Below are positions 15,940-28,038 of a stretch of 64,000 bases of DNA, piece by piece. The position numbers and the translations under genes are program-made. The notes below the pieces were generated by a model. It saw nothing but the letters and a program-made list of their open reading frames with translations. It was not told the origin of the DNA and did not search any database. Every line of letters starts with the position of its first letter. Position 1 is the first letter of the stretch. The stretch covers positions 12,751,723-12,815,722 of the forward strand of contig CM119263.1 of assembly GCA_051294375.1 (NCBI GenBank). Reading direction: 5' to 3'. The stretch is from Paraspadella gotoi. Taxonomy: Eukaryota > Animalia > Chaetognatha.

Positions 15940-17693
15940 TTTCTCAGTGAGTTTCCACGAATTTAGAACATAACGACTTGTTTAATTGGTTAATTCCTTT
16001 TTTCTTTTAGGTTCTTTATTTATTTCCCTTCCTTCTACAATAGTCATTTCAATTCATTACACGATATTCATCCAAGGTAAGATATTTTTGTGGAGACACT
16101 CTTTCATCAGCCAGGTCAAAAGATAAGGTTGTCAGGAATTCGATTCGTCATTATGACCACCCTTCGTAGAAAAAGCAAACAGTAGCAGCCTTTGATGATA
16201 TTGATGACAAGTTTCCTGTGAATTTAACAGCGGTGGACAGAGTTGCGTCAATTTACTAGTTTTCTCGGAACAAAAACGAAGCTACTGAAACTCTTTTCCT
16301 TATGGAAATAAATTATCAATAACCTGGATCATATTTTAAGAATTGTTTGTAGCTTATCTCTTGCTTTCTTGAATGTCAATCCTAAATCAGGCACATTTGG
16401 AAAAGAAGACAAAACAGACTATGAAGTTCACCAAAAAGAAGAAAAGTTCAGTGACACTTTCTAGAAAAACATGGAAATCAACAAGCAACCGCCAAAAATT
16501 CCGAAAAAATGTAATTGCAATTTAATCTGTACTTCAGAGAAACCCAAAAAAATTTAAAGACAACTTCATTCACATTTAAAGTAACTCTTTTCCAGGATTA
16601 TGTGCTCTTCACTATTGTATTTTAGTAATTGTTAATGTATCAACATTCCCACCATCGAGCCATAGTTGGTGGCATCTAATACTGTACAGTTATTCCAGAA
16701 AGTATAATTTCAATTTTACTTCAGTTCAATACAATTCATTTCTTTAACCTGATCTATTAAATCAGCCAAGATATCCCAACAAGGAGCTGAGATGACATTT
16801 AGTTGAGCAAAATTTAAGAAGACAACAGATCACAAAGGTAAAAAAAAACTGGCGTGAACGAAAATGACAAGAAGGTCAAAAAAGCTAATTTACTTCTCTT
16901 TGAGTGAAAACAAGGTGAGTCTTAAAAACTCCTTAACTAAAGATAAGTTTTTCAATTGACTTCATTCATGTGTTTAAGATACATTTTTAACTAGTTATCA
17001 TTGAAGTACTCAAATCTACAGAAGCAAGCTAAGATTTCTGGTTACACTCAATGCTGCTTAAACAGTGATAAAGATGTCTGTCAGCCTGACCAAATTCTAG
17101 TCTACCTGAAAACTACAGTTCAGAGAAAATAAAAGCAAACTGAATTAATCTCTCAACATTCTTCCCAGCTCAAATACAACCACAAAAACTGCTTGAAACG
17201 AGTGAAGAAAAAAAATTCAAAGAAGCTCAAGATATCGTTTCTAGATTTATTATTTTTGTTGATATTTTTGGTTTTACATATTGTTGATGCACAGTCCTTA
17301 TGATCAGTCCTTATTCGTAGTTTTGTTTTCTGCTTATTAAAAATACACTTTTATTTTTCAAACAAATTTTCAATGAAAAAATAAGAATACTTCATGTTAA
17401 TTTTAATTCAAGTATTTTTTATCCTTTAAAGTGGTTGCTAGCTAGAGAAGCCTAGGTAAAATAACGGTTATTTTTTTTTATAATGAAATATCATTTTTTC
17501 TGTTTTCTGGACAAATAAAAAGTAATACAATACTGTAAATAAAAACCAAAGTTTGGAAAAAAAACGCGCAATCACCCTGACGCTTATGCTCTTAAGCCAC
17601 AAATCACATAAAGTACGATATTTTAATGTTTTTATTATTTTGAATACTAATAATTATTTGTGTAATTTTATGACGGCAACTACGACTTTTCCT

Positions 17694-20600
17694 TTAACAT
17701 CCACCTTGTGTCATTGACTTGACGATTTGTTCGCTGGTTCGCCGTAAAGCACAGTGGTGTCGTTGACGGTGAAATGTGAGCGATGTGGCAGCAACACGGG
17801 GGGTGGCATCACCCTGCCTCGCCTCGACCACTACGTCTTTGGTTACAAGAAAGCCACGTCTTAGAGAAGTCAAGAGACGAGTACGGAATCTCTCATGATC
17901 ATAAAAGCAACCGATAGTCTGTGAAATAAGACAGAATGATTAGAAGAAAAGGAAGTTCAAGAATTATATGTCTTAGTTAGTTCAATTAGCCTTTTACCTG
18001 CGACTCTTCTATTGCTGAAGATCTTTCAACACCATAGATTCGTTGGTCTGCGCTGGTTGAAACTCGGTTTTTTCCCCCGCTCCAACGCCCTTCATATTTA
18101 AGCAGATTCAAGTCAGAGAGATGTTCTGTGTTTTGATTATCCTCGGAAGCTAAGGGCTCCTCTGCTGATGCAGCAGCTTTGCTTCGATTCACTGTTAGAA
18201 AGGAGAGCAAAACTATAGCGACTTGAGGAGCATAAAAAGAATGGTAAAAGAAGTATTAACAAGAATATAAAAAAAATATTTAACAGTTCACTATTGTTAA
18301 ATACCAACCTGCTAGTACATCCTCGTATGTGTATCTTTTGAATGTGAATTTTGGACGTTGAGGCTTTTCCACTATGGGCTCTGGCTCCACTATTACTGCT
18401 TCCTCTTTCTTAGTCCCTTTTGCCGGCTTTTTCTTGGCATTTTCATTAAAGTCATAGTTTATGTTTTCTTTCCTAGGGTACGATGATGTTATTAGTTTTT
18501 CCAGATCCATAGAATTTTGGTTTGAGTTGTTGTTTTCATTATTTTTTAACATCTTATTGTTCATGTTTTTAAGATAATTAACAATGTCCATTTGTTTATC
18601 TTCATAGTTGTTATTGTTTGAATTGAGATTCAATGGGCTTCTTGCCTGTTGCAGAAAATAGTGTTTAAACTAAAAAAATATGTAAATAAATGAATACAAA
18701 CACCATCACCGATTGTGAATTGAAACTGCTTTTTTCATCATCTTCATCATCTTCATTATCTTCGTCGTTGCCATCATTTTTTTCTTGAATACTGCTACTT
18801 CTATTGAAATTTCCTGAAACAAATTTCTGCAAATATAACAAAAATTCTCGATTTTGGGCTTCATCCCTGAACGATGATGGTAACACAGACTTTTGGGCAC
18901 CATTTGCCGCAGCAGAGGCTGTAACGGCTGCAATAGCTGCGGCTGCTGATCGTGCCAATGCCTCTGCCGCCGCACTTTCAATGAGATCAAAGTCGACACT
19001 TTTTTCCTCGCCTTCTTTTTTCTCAGACAAGTCATGTTCCCCCAATTCTCCTCCATCAGTCCATTTATTTCCTTCTGTACTAGCAACTAATTCATCCATA
19101 AACAAGTCTTCTCCTCTTAGTGTGGCCTCATTTCTCATTCCTGCCAATGTTTCCTTGGCGCGACTCACAAATCGTGCCCACAGAGGTGCCATATCATCGT
19201 CAATATCCTCATTTTCATTGGATTGGTTTTTTGTCATATTCATCTGATGGCGTCGTTTAAACTCAAGAACAATTTCCTGAAAAAATATGTCATTGGGCCA
19301 TTTTAGCCCTGGGACATTATGACTGTATATCTGTGCATAGTCAATTTGCATTTGTGTAAATTTATCTACTCCACCACCTCGTGGAATGTAGTGGCCCTCA
19401 ATAGGGCCCACCCCTTTTTTTTGTCCAGGATGACCACCAATTGCATCACCACCCCCTCTTGTTGGCATTCCGGGACCAAGAAAAGCTTGTGGCGGCATTC
19501 TGCTTCCCTCTCCTTTCCCTGGGGATCCTGGTCTTCCTTGAAATCCTTGACCATGTAATCTCTCACCTCCGAATCCTTTTCCTGGCCATCTTCCTTTATT
19601 TCCAAATCCTTGACCTGGTAATCCCTCTCCTCTTAATCCTCCACCAGGAGACCTACCTCTATCTCCAAACCCTTGACCTGGAAATCCTGCTCTTCCTCCT
19701 GGTTCTCTACCCAGATATTTTTCTTTTCCAAATCCTTGACCAGGTGGAAATGTATCTCCTCTGCCTGGAGATCTCCCTCTTTCTCCAAACCCATGACCTG
19801 GAAATCCTGCTCTTCCTCCTGGTTCTCTACCCAGAGAGTTTTCTTTTCCAAATCCTTGACCCGGTGATACTGCTCTTAGTCCAAGTCCTCGATCAGGAGA
19901 TCCTTCTCTTCCACCTAATCCCTGACCAGGAGATTGCTTTCTTCCTTTGAAAATTGTTTCATTATCCCTTCCGACAACCAGTTTTTCAGCTCCTCTTTCA
20001 AATCCTTTCATTGGGGATTCCTTAGCTATATTACCCACATTTCCATCCCTTCCAATCTTTGTTAAAAAAACACCTTTGCTCCCCTGTCCCTCCTTGCCTC
20101 CCCCACCTTTTCCAGCTCGTTCTGGAGTATTCCCCGATTCTCCAGGCAAGTTTCCCATTTCTCCTTTGAATTTACCATCACCTTTCCCAGCTGATCGAGT
20201 TGCCGAACCCCGCGATGATGGAACATTGCGGCCAGACGTGCCTCCTAATTTTTGGTCAGGACTGCTGCTCTGGATTACTTTTTTCGCATCCATTTGGCGT
20301 TGTCTTTCCCGTTCGCTTCCCGCCATGCCTTTTTGATCATACGTTTCCTCTCTTCCTGCATTGTTTTTCTTCTCTTCTTCTCCACTTGGGACACCAACTT
20401 TCCGAGACGTTTCGTCTTTACTTCTTCCATCTCCTTTAAAGGTCTTTTCCTGTTTATCACTGCCTAATATGGCTCCCCCTTCACTGGGTTTTAATTTTCT
20501 TGATTGATCTGTAATTTCTTTTTCCAATTTTTTTCCCCCAGCAGTTCCATCAGGCTTACTGGATTCATATTCCACTCTTCCATTTGCTCCTTCCTTTTCT

Positions 20601-23600
20601 CCTTCTTTACTCGCAGTAACCAACTTATCTTTTTTTTCTCCATCGGTATGAAGCTTATCTACAAGCTTTCCTCTATTTTTTTCAGTATAAGCCTCTTTGC
20701 TCACACCCTTTTCATCATTTTTTCCTACCAACTCTGCTTGTCTCAGTTGCCGAACTACTTCTATCTCAACATTTTTGCCTTTACCATCCATAGCTAAATT
20801 TGTTTCATGAGCTGTACTTTTTGACCGATCTGTGTCCATTTTAATTTTTTCTGTAACTCCACTCTTATCCTTAGCATTGCCTGATGGATGTTGTTCAAAA
20901 TCTGGCCTTTTTAGTCCTTCAGTTGGATTTTGTTCAAAATCACGATATTCTGCAGGAATCTCCAATTTATTTTCATAACGAATTTTTTCTTCTGATATAC
21001 GATGCTGTTTTATAGGATTTGATTTAATATTCTCCTCAATCTCTGGTCGTTTTACAGCAAAACCTGTCGTCTGCTGTTTTTCCAAAAACTCAACAGGAGG
21101 CCCAGGTTTTCCTTCGTCTCTTCCAGCATCTCCTCTTGTGCCACCAACTTGTTTTTCTATTTGCCCTCTTTTTACACTTCCTTGTTTGTCACCAACTTGT
21201 GAAACCTGAACTCCTGTTGCTGGCACATGATCATTTCCAGGTTTTTCTATTTTTTCCTCTTTTCTACTTACTTGTTTACCACCAATTTGTGTATATTCAA
21301 CTCCTTGAAGTGTCTTATCAACTTCTCCCGGTTTTTCTGCTACATTACCCTTTGCACTTCCTGGTTTACTAACTATTTTTGTTTGATCAACTCCTGTTAC
21401 AGTTCCATCATAATCTCCTGTTTTCTCTGTATTTTCCCCTTTTATATTCTGGTTTACTACCAATTTTTGTTTGGTCAACTCCTTTTACATTTCCCTCATA
21501 TTCTCCTGTTTTCTCTGCTTTTCCCCTTTTATACTTCCTGGTTTACTACCATTTTTGTTTGGTCAACTCCTTTTACAGTTCCCTCATATTCTCCTGTTTC
21601 TCTGTCTTTTCCCCTTTTATACTTCCTGGTTTACTACCAATTTTTGTTTGGTCAACTCCTTTTACATTTCCCTCATATTCTCCTGTTTTCTCTGCATTTT
21701 CCCCTTTTATCTTCCTGGTTTACTACCAATTTTGTTTGGTTAACTCCTTTTACAGTTCCCTCATATTCTCCTGTTTTCTCTGCCTTTTCCCCTTTTATAC
21801 TTCCTGGTTTATTACCAATTTTTGTTTGGTCAACTCCTTTTACAGTTCCCTCATATTCTCCTGTTTTCTCTGCTTTTCCCCTTTTATACTTCCTGGTTTA
21901 CTACCAATTTTTGTTTGGTCGACTCCTTTTACAGTTCCCTCATATTCTCCTGTTTTCTCTGCATTTTCCCCTTTTATACTCCTGGTTTACTACCAATTTT
22001 TGTTTGGTCAACTCCTTTTACAGTTCCCTCATATTCTCCTGTTTTCTCTGCCTTTTCCCTTTTATACTTCCTGGTTTACTACCAATTTTTGTTTGGTCGA
22101 CTCCTTTTACAGTTCCCTCATATTCTCCTGTTTTCTCTGCTTTTCCCCTTTTATACTTCCTGGTTTACTACCAATTTTGTTTGGTCAACTCCTTTTCAGT
22201 TCCCTCATATTCTCCTGTTTTCTCTGCATTTTCCCCTTTTATACTTCCTGGTTTTTACTACCAATTTTTGTTTGGTCAACTCCTTTTCCAGCCCTATCAT
22301 ATTCTTCTAATTTTTCTACATTTTCGCCTTTTACACTCCTTGATTTCTCATCTACTTGTGTATTTTTAACCTCTTTAACAGTCCCATTATATTCTCCTGT
22401 TTTTTCAGCTTTTTCACCTTTTACACGTTCTGTTTTCCCATCAATTAATGTACTTTTACCTCCTTTTGCAGTCCCATCATTTTCTCTAGGCTTTTCTGTA
22501 TTTTCACCTTTTACACTTTCTTGCATATTTTCTGCTTTTGTGACATTCCCATGATATTCTCCAATTTTGTCTCTTTTCTCATCTTTTAGGCTTACCGGTT
22601 TACCTCCATCTTGTATATTTTTAACTCCTGTTTCAGCCTTGTTATTTTCTCCAGTTTTCTCTGTTTTTTCACTTTTTACACCTCCCAGTTTACCGCCAAC
22701 CATATACTCACCTTTGGTTACAGTTTCATTATGTTCTCTATTTTTTCCGGCTTTTTCACCTTGTCCACTTTCGGTATTACCACCAAGCTGAATTGCTACT
22801 CCTGCTACAGTGCCATAATTTTCTCCATTATCTAATTTTTGGCCTTTTACACTTCCTTGTTTACCATCAACCTGCGTATTTTTAACTCCTGTTACATTTC
22901 CCTCATTTTCTTTTGTTTTTTCTCTTTTTTCACCTTTTGCACTACCTAGTTTATCACTAACTTGAGTATGTTGATCTCCAGTTACAATCCCACCATATTC
23001 TCCAAGTTTTTCTGCTTTTATTCTTTCTAGTTTATCCTCACCTGGTGTAATTTTTGCTGTTTTTACATTATTTTCTTCAGATTTTTCATTTTTACCACTT
23101 ACTAGTTTAACATTTGTTACAGTCCCATCGTTTTCTCCAGATTTGTCTGCTTTAAAATTTCCTGGTTTGCCTTCGACTTTTGACATGATCCTGCCATCTC
23201 CTTGAGTAATAGTTGCCCCACTTATCATTCCAGCACCCTTTCCTGTTGAATCTGTGTCTGTTCGCACTCCCTGGCCCTCTGACAGCATCCCCAATATTTT
23301 CTCTTTTTGATCGTTTGCTTCAGACTTTGAAATGCTCCCTTTGCCTTTTCTCACGCCAGCCACCTGATCTATCCCCGTTTCTTTTATACTTACAGCTCGA
23401 GATTGCTCTTCTCCAATTACTCCTCTTCTTCTTTCACCTCTCTCTGATGTCTTTGTAATACCGTTAACACCATTTTCAATATCAGCAAACCCTAGAGCAG
23501 CTGCTCCTCCAGTCCTTCTGTTACCATCATCGACAGGGTTTGGCCCTAGAAATTCAATATAATTATCATCACTCTTGCCTTTTGGACTTTTCTTGCCAGA

Positions 23601-26600
23601 GCTCATATCCTCTTTTGCCTTTGCAGTTTCATCTTTTCCATAAGTCATTGCTTGCCCTTTTTCCTCCATTATTTTTGCTGCAGTCGCTTCCTTCTCAGCT
23701 GAGTACCGTCCAGCAATTCCTATCTTTTCTGGATCGACAACAATATTGCCCAGTTTTGGGACTTGTTTTACTTTAACCCCCCGCTCCTCCATAAGGCGCC
23801 TATATTCACTCTCATACTGTGCATCAAACGTTGCTAAAAATGGATCACGTGGTGCCCCTTTGCCCTTTGAACTTGCTCTGCTACCTTTACCGCCCTTTTT
23901 GCTGCCCTTTGAACTGGCTCTGCTACTTTTACCGCTTTTTCCACCTTTTTTATCCTTGCCTCCTTTTCCTCCTTTTCCTCCTTTTCCTCCTTTTCCTCCC
24001 TTTCCCCCTTTCTTGATAGCATTTCCTTCATAATCAAATGCCTCAATAGCCTCAACGCATTTTTTATCCGCTTCTGGGGTCAAAGAAGACTGTGCATATT
24101 GGCCTATACCAGAAATTCCTGATAAGAGATTATCCTCATCCTCACACTTAATAGGAGGAGGTGATGGCCCATAAACAACCTTTTCAAGTGGCTTTCGAGC
24201 CAGAATATTTTGACGCCATGCTCGTTTTGCCTTAAGATTATTAGAGGCACCTAGTTCAGGCCTGGAGTGAAACCTTAAGGATTTATGAAGATTCTCATCA
24301 GTTACTGGATAGTCTCCCGCTATCTTAAAATTCCCCACAAAATCCTCCTTTGCATACTTTACCTGAAAGTCTCCCGGCTTAGTATTCTCCGGGACTGAAA
24401 CCCACTTTGACCCCTCTTCCCTCAACCCATGATTAACTTGAGGAGTGTTTTCTGAAATCCAGTTTAGTATAGGAAATCCCATCTCCACCTGCTGTACGAG
24501 GTCAATTTCTAGCTTTTCACAAACTACCTCCAAATACTGTTTGACCCTTTCATGTTGTTCCCATTCTTTAGAATCAATATGTATATTTCCAGCCCGAGTT
24601 TGCCGGAAGACGCCAATGAGTGTTAGAACCTCTTTCAATTTTCGCATCGTTGATGGTTCTTCAATTTCTTCATCTGCTTGAGAAATCAAATCCTTCTCAG
24701 ATTCGAAATCGGCAGCATCAACAAATTGATAATCTCTAGAATGTACTTCTCCACTCTCCACTTCTTCCTCCGTGGATTTATTTTCTTCTGATTTTTCATC
24801 TCTTTCTTCTTCCTCCTCTCCCTGACCCACATTCGACATTTTCTCCATTTCTAACTTTATCGCCTCCTGTCTCCGTTTCTCCTCCTCCTTTCTCAAAAGT
24901 TCCTCCTCCCATAATTCCCAAAAGATTTCAACAGTAGGAAGGATAATCTCTACAACTTCTATTTTATCACTGTCCATGTCGGTAGCCAAAGCAGAAGGCG
25001 CCGGCGTTTCTGATACTTTCGCTGACTCGTAAGGATTCACAAACTTTTTGACAATCCGTTTAGGAGGGGGTGTTAAAGGTTTAGGCTCGTCTTCCGCTAC
25101 CTCCTGCGGTTCTTCTATTTCCAAGCTTTCCCTTAGCTCTGGTACAGTTTGTACGGATGCCTCGCCTTCATTTACTGATGGCACTGGTACGGTTTCACGC
25201 ATCCCTTCTTCCGGTGAAGATTTTCCAATGGCATCGCCATAAATGGAGCTGCCTCCCAGTAAATCTTCAGCTAAAGGCTCCAGAGAAGCAAGTTCTTCAA
25301 AAAAATCCGCTCCGTCATCCTCGGCGCTTTCGCCAACGCCCTCCAAGGAAGGAGTTGGAATCGGACTTTCCATTGCAATAGGAGAGAAGCAAATAAGTCG
25401 AACGGATACGCGGCAAGGAACAAACTGAGATGGGGTAGAAAGAGACGTGGGATATAGAGACGACAGCGATTAGAAGTATAACTAGTTACACTTATTGGAT
25501 GAAATCACTTTGTAGTTGAGGGAGTTGGTGAGAACACTTCTTGGGCAACGCTTAACAACGTCCGGCGTGTCGAAGGATTCCTCCAATGTAAAACGCTCAA
25601 CGAACAAGTCCGTCTCGAGGTGAAGAAGATTTTGAAGAAGAACCAGGAGAAGACCGCCATTGCAAACCCGTAAGTGATCCGTGCCTTCTGAAAAAATGAT
25701 ACAAAGGATTTTTCTTCAGATATTCGGCATTCAGACAATAGATAGATTGGAAATTTATATCTTAAACCCCTCCTCATTTCTAATAATTTCAATTTTAAAT
25801 TAATTCGGTACAAATTGGTAGGCATCAAAAATTAAAAAAAAAATTGCTCGACCACTTTACATTGAATTAATTGTACACGGTATACAGATCCATCTGACAA
25901 CCGCATTACCTAAATTGTCCGCGGCCCAGGAATCGAAAAAGTCCCAGAAAGTCTCGGCGCCGATAGAAATACCGTTTTCACGCCCTTCACTCCCCGCGAA
26001 TAATCGGTAGTTGACGCTGCCCTCCGTTTCCAATTCGACCGTGATACTTTGTTGAAACGCCACGCTGTCGGCGTTGTCCCCCATGAAATCAGCGCCTCCT
26101 CTGGACGATTTGCGTTTCGACTTTCGCCCGCTTTTCCGTTTCCGTCTCGCTGCCTTTGTTCCCTTTTGTTCAGAAACGTTTTCTACGTTAGAGTCCGTTG
26201 CAGTCACGCTAATGTCCTGTCTCTGGGCCACTCCGGACTCCAACAAAAAGACAAGGCTTTTGGGATTTTCCACGTCTCCATGAATCTCGCAATTGAAAAA
26301 AAGGGAAAGTGAATTTAGCCTTCATAAACGTTCGAGAATTGGTCCCGAAATGCATACCACGACGCTTTTTTCTCGGAGATCCGTTTCGTCCTTTGAAAAT
26401 CTGGCCAGCTTATCCCTAAATTTTGAAGAAAAAAAAATTTACAGTTTATTTGTAAAAATTACGCTTCTCTACAGAATTATTTATTTATTATTTATTTATT
26501 ATTTTTCATTACAGTATGACAACTACAGGTACAACTATTTGTTACAGTAGTTTTATAATTATATTTGGGATATATTTTCACCTTGTGGGTATAAACGGTA

Positions 26601-26691
26601 TTTGTGAAAAGCAAAGACTCTTTCGCTCGTTCCAAAAGTCCGTGATCATCGTCGATGCGTATTCAGCGACATTAAGGTTGAAAGGGAACAT
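17694..26691 (-). CDS. Large orphan low-complexity/repeat protein (~2,600 aa); joins ORFs 22239-25373 and 18665-21478 across a frameshifted tandem array
   Basis: Phase-compatible GT-AG exons at about 26691-26582, 26415-26358, 26285-25910, 25687-25509, a giant exon ~25425-18710, 18645-18309, ~18200-17998 and 17918-17694. Glu-rich, GGK, 30-aa KIGSKPGSIKGEKAEKTGEYEGTVKGVDQT and PGQGFG/GRSPG repeats. No recognised domain. Confidence 0.7.
21375..22310 (-). repeat. Coding minisatellite, ~10 near-identical 88-90 bp units (30 aa), with diverged copies extending to about 21130 and 23180
   Basis: TTTTTGTTTGGTCAACTCCTTTTACAGTTCCCTCATATTCTCCTG recurs about every 89 bp. Confidence 0.95.
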
Positions 26692-26946
26692 TTTCCTACT
26701 TTTTTGTCCGTCTTTTTATAAAGCTATTTCTAATTATTTTTTATTCTACGAACTTCGTAAAACAAACAGTTCGCGATATACACTTTAATGTTCTCATTTA
26801 TGCGGTAAGGAGTTTATTTAATGTATGTTGTAAGTTTAAATTTTGCTTCTTGAAGATATTTGTTTCTGCTAACGGCGAACGATTTTAAAGTTGAACTCAT
26901 AAATATTATCTTATCACCTTAACGGTTCCGGCAATATTTCTTAACA

Positions 26947-27079
26947 TTTTAAATTAAGAGAGAAAACAAAGTTTATTTTTGTTTACAATATACGAGTTTT
27001 ATTTTGAAACGGACATGTTTCGACTCTTTTTTTGAGTCTTCTTCATTGCGCTGGAGAAGTTTTCTCTCTTAATTTAAAA
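26947..27079 (-). mobile_element. Dispersed repeat with minimal hammerhead-like motif (copy 2), bounded by a 21-bp inverted repeat; Penelope-like pLTR/retrozyme remnant
   Basis: Minus strand reads aTGAAGA-A-GACTC-AAAAAAA-GAGTC-GAAA-CATG-TC. Flanked by TTTTAAATTAAGAGAGAAAAC (26947) and GTTTTCTCTCTTAATTTAAAA (27059-27079). Confidence 0.55.
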
Positions 27080-27916
27080 CGCAACGAAACGAAAGTTATT
27101 TCATTATGTCTACAAAAATAATATTTAAATTAAAAAAAAAAAAACCATGACGAAATATCTAATTACACAGCCTGCTTTCTGTATACTTGATCTCCCGCGC
27201 ACGGGCATGCCCAATTTTTTTTCTTATCTGTATTTCTGTCTTTCTTTTCTGTATTCTACAAAAGTTTTTTTTCCGTCTTTGTCTTTGAACAATAAAACCG
27301 CAAAATTGTCGTTTGTCAGAATCCGCTCTCTGACTAAAGTAAAGACCTCCGTTGTGAATTTTAAGGTAAGGCTTTATTTGTGATTTTGACAAATGTTCCT
27401 ACGGTTAAATTTCTGTTTTTTGTATTAGTTTTTATAAGCTGAGCTCTGTAAAGTTGAAGTTTAAACTTTAAAACATAAGTCTTTCCCCAAATATATAATT
27501 ATATAATTTTAAGTACTTGTTCAACTTTTATTCTCGAGAAAAACGCCCGAAAAACCCAACTAATCTTTGCGACGGAATTCGGTTGACTCTCAAAAAGTCG
27601 GAAGCTCCAGCTCTAGAACCGGTTCACAAAATTTTGTCGGCTTTTGAGATTCTTTTTCGATCAGGGCATCCGGCGACAAAGTCGACGACGTCTGTCAAGA
27701 CGACGACAACGACGACGACTACATTTTCTATTGTGACTCAACACATTCTATTCGCTCAACTTCCGCCGAGAAAGTCACGTCCTCCTCGCCCCCAGGGCTG
27801 CTGGGTCTTAAGACGAACTTTTTTTTGAAAGGTTTTTTTAATCATCTGAGGAATTCATCGCCAGTTTAAATTAAAAAACGGTGGGGGAGCGCTCTCATAA
27901 ATTCTAGATCTTTCTT

Positions 27917-28011
<95 letters not shown>
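27917..28011. repeat. (CT)n microsatellite immediately upstream of the intronless GPCR
   Basis: Direct reading. Confidence 0.97.
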
Positions 28012-28013
<2 letters not shown>

Positions 28014-28038
28014 ATTAGTAAATTGAAACAAAAAGGCC

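Noticed and set aside
21375-22310. Regularly spaced repeats resembling a CRISPR array
   Set aside because: The units are contiguous with no unique spacers, the context is eukaryotic, and there are no cas genes.
21227-22554. Long hydrophobic plus-strand ORFs (380 and 391 aa) resembling membrane proteins
   Set aside because: They are antisense shadows of the 90-bp coding repeat of the minus-strand gene.
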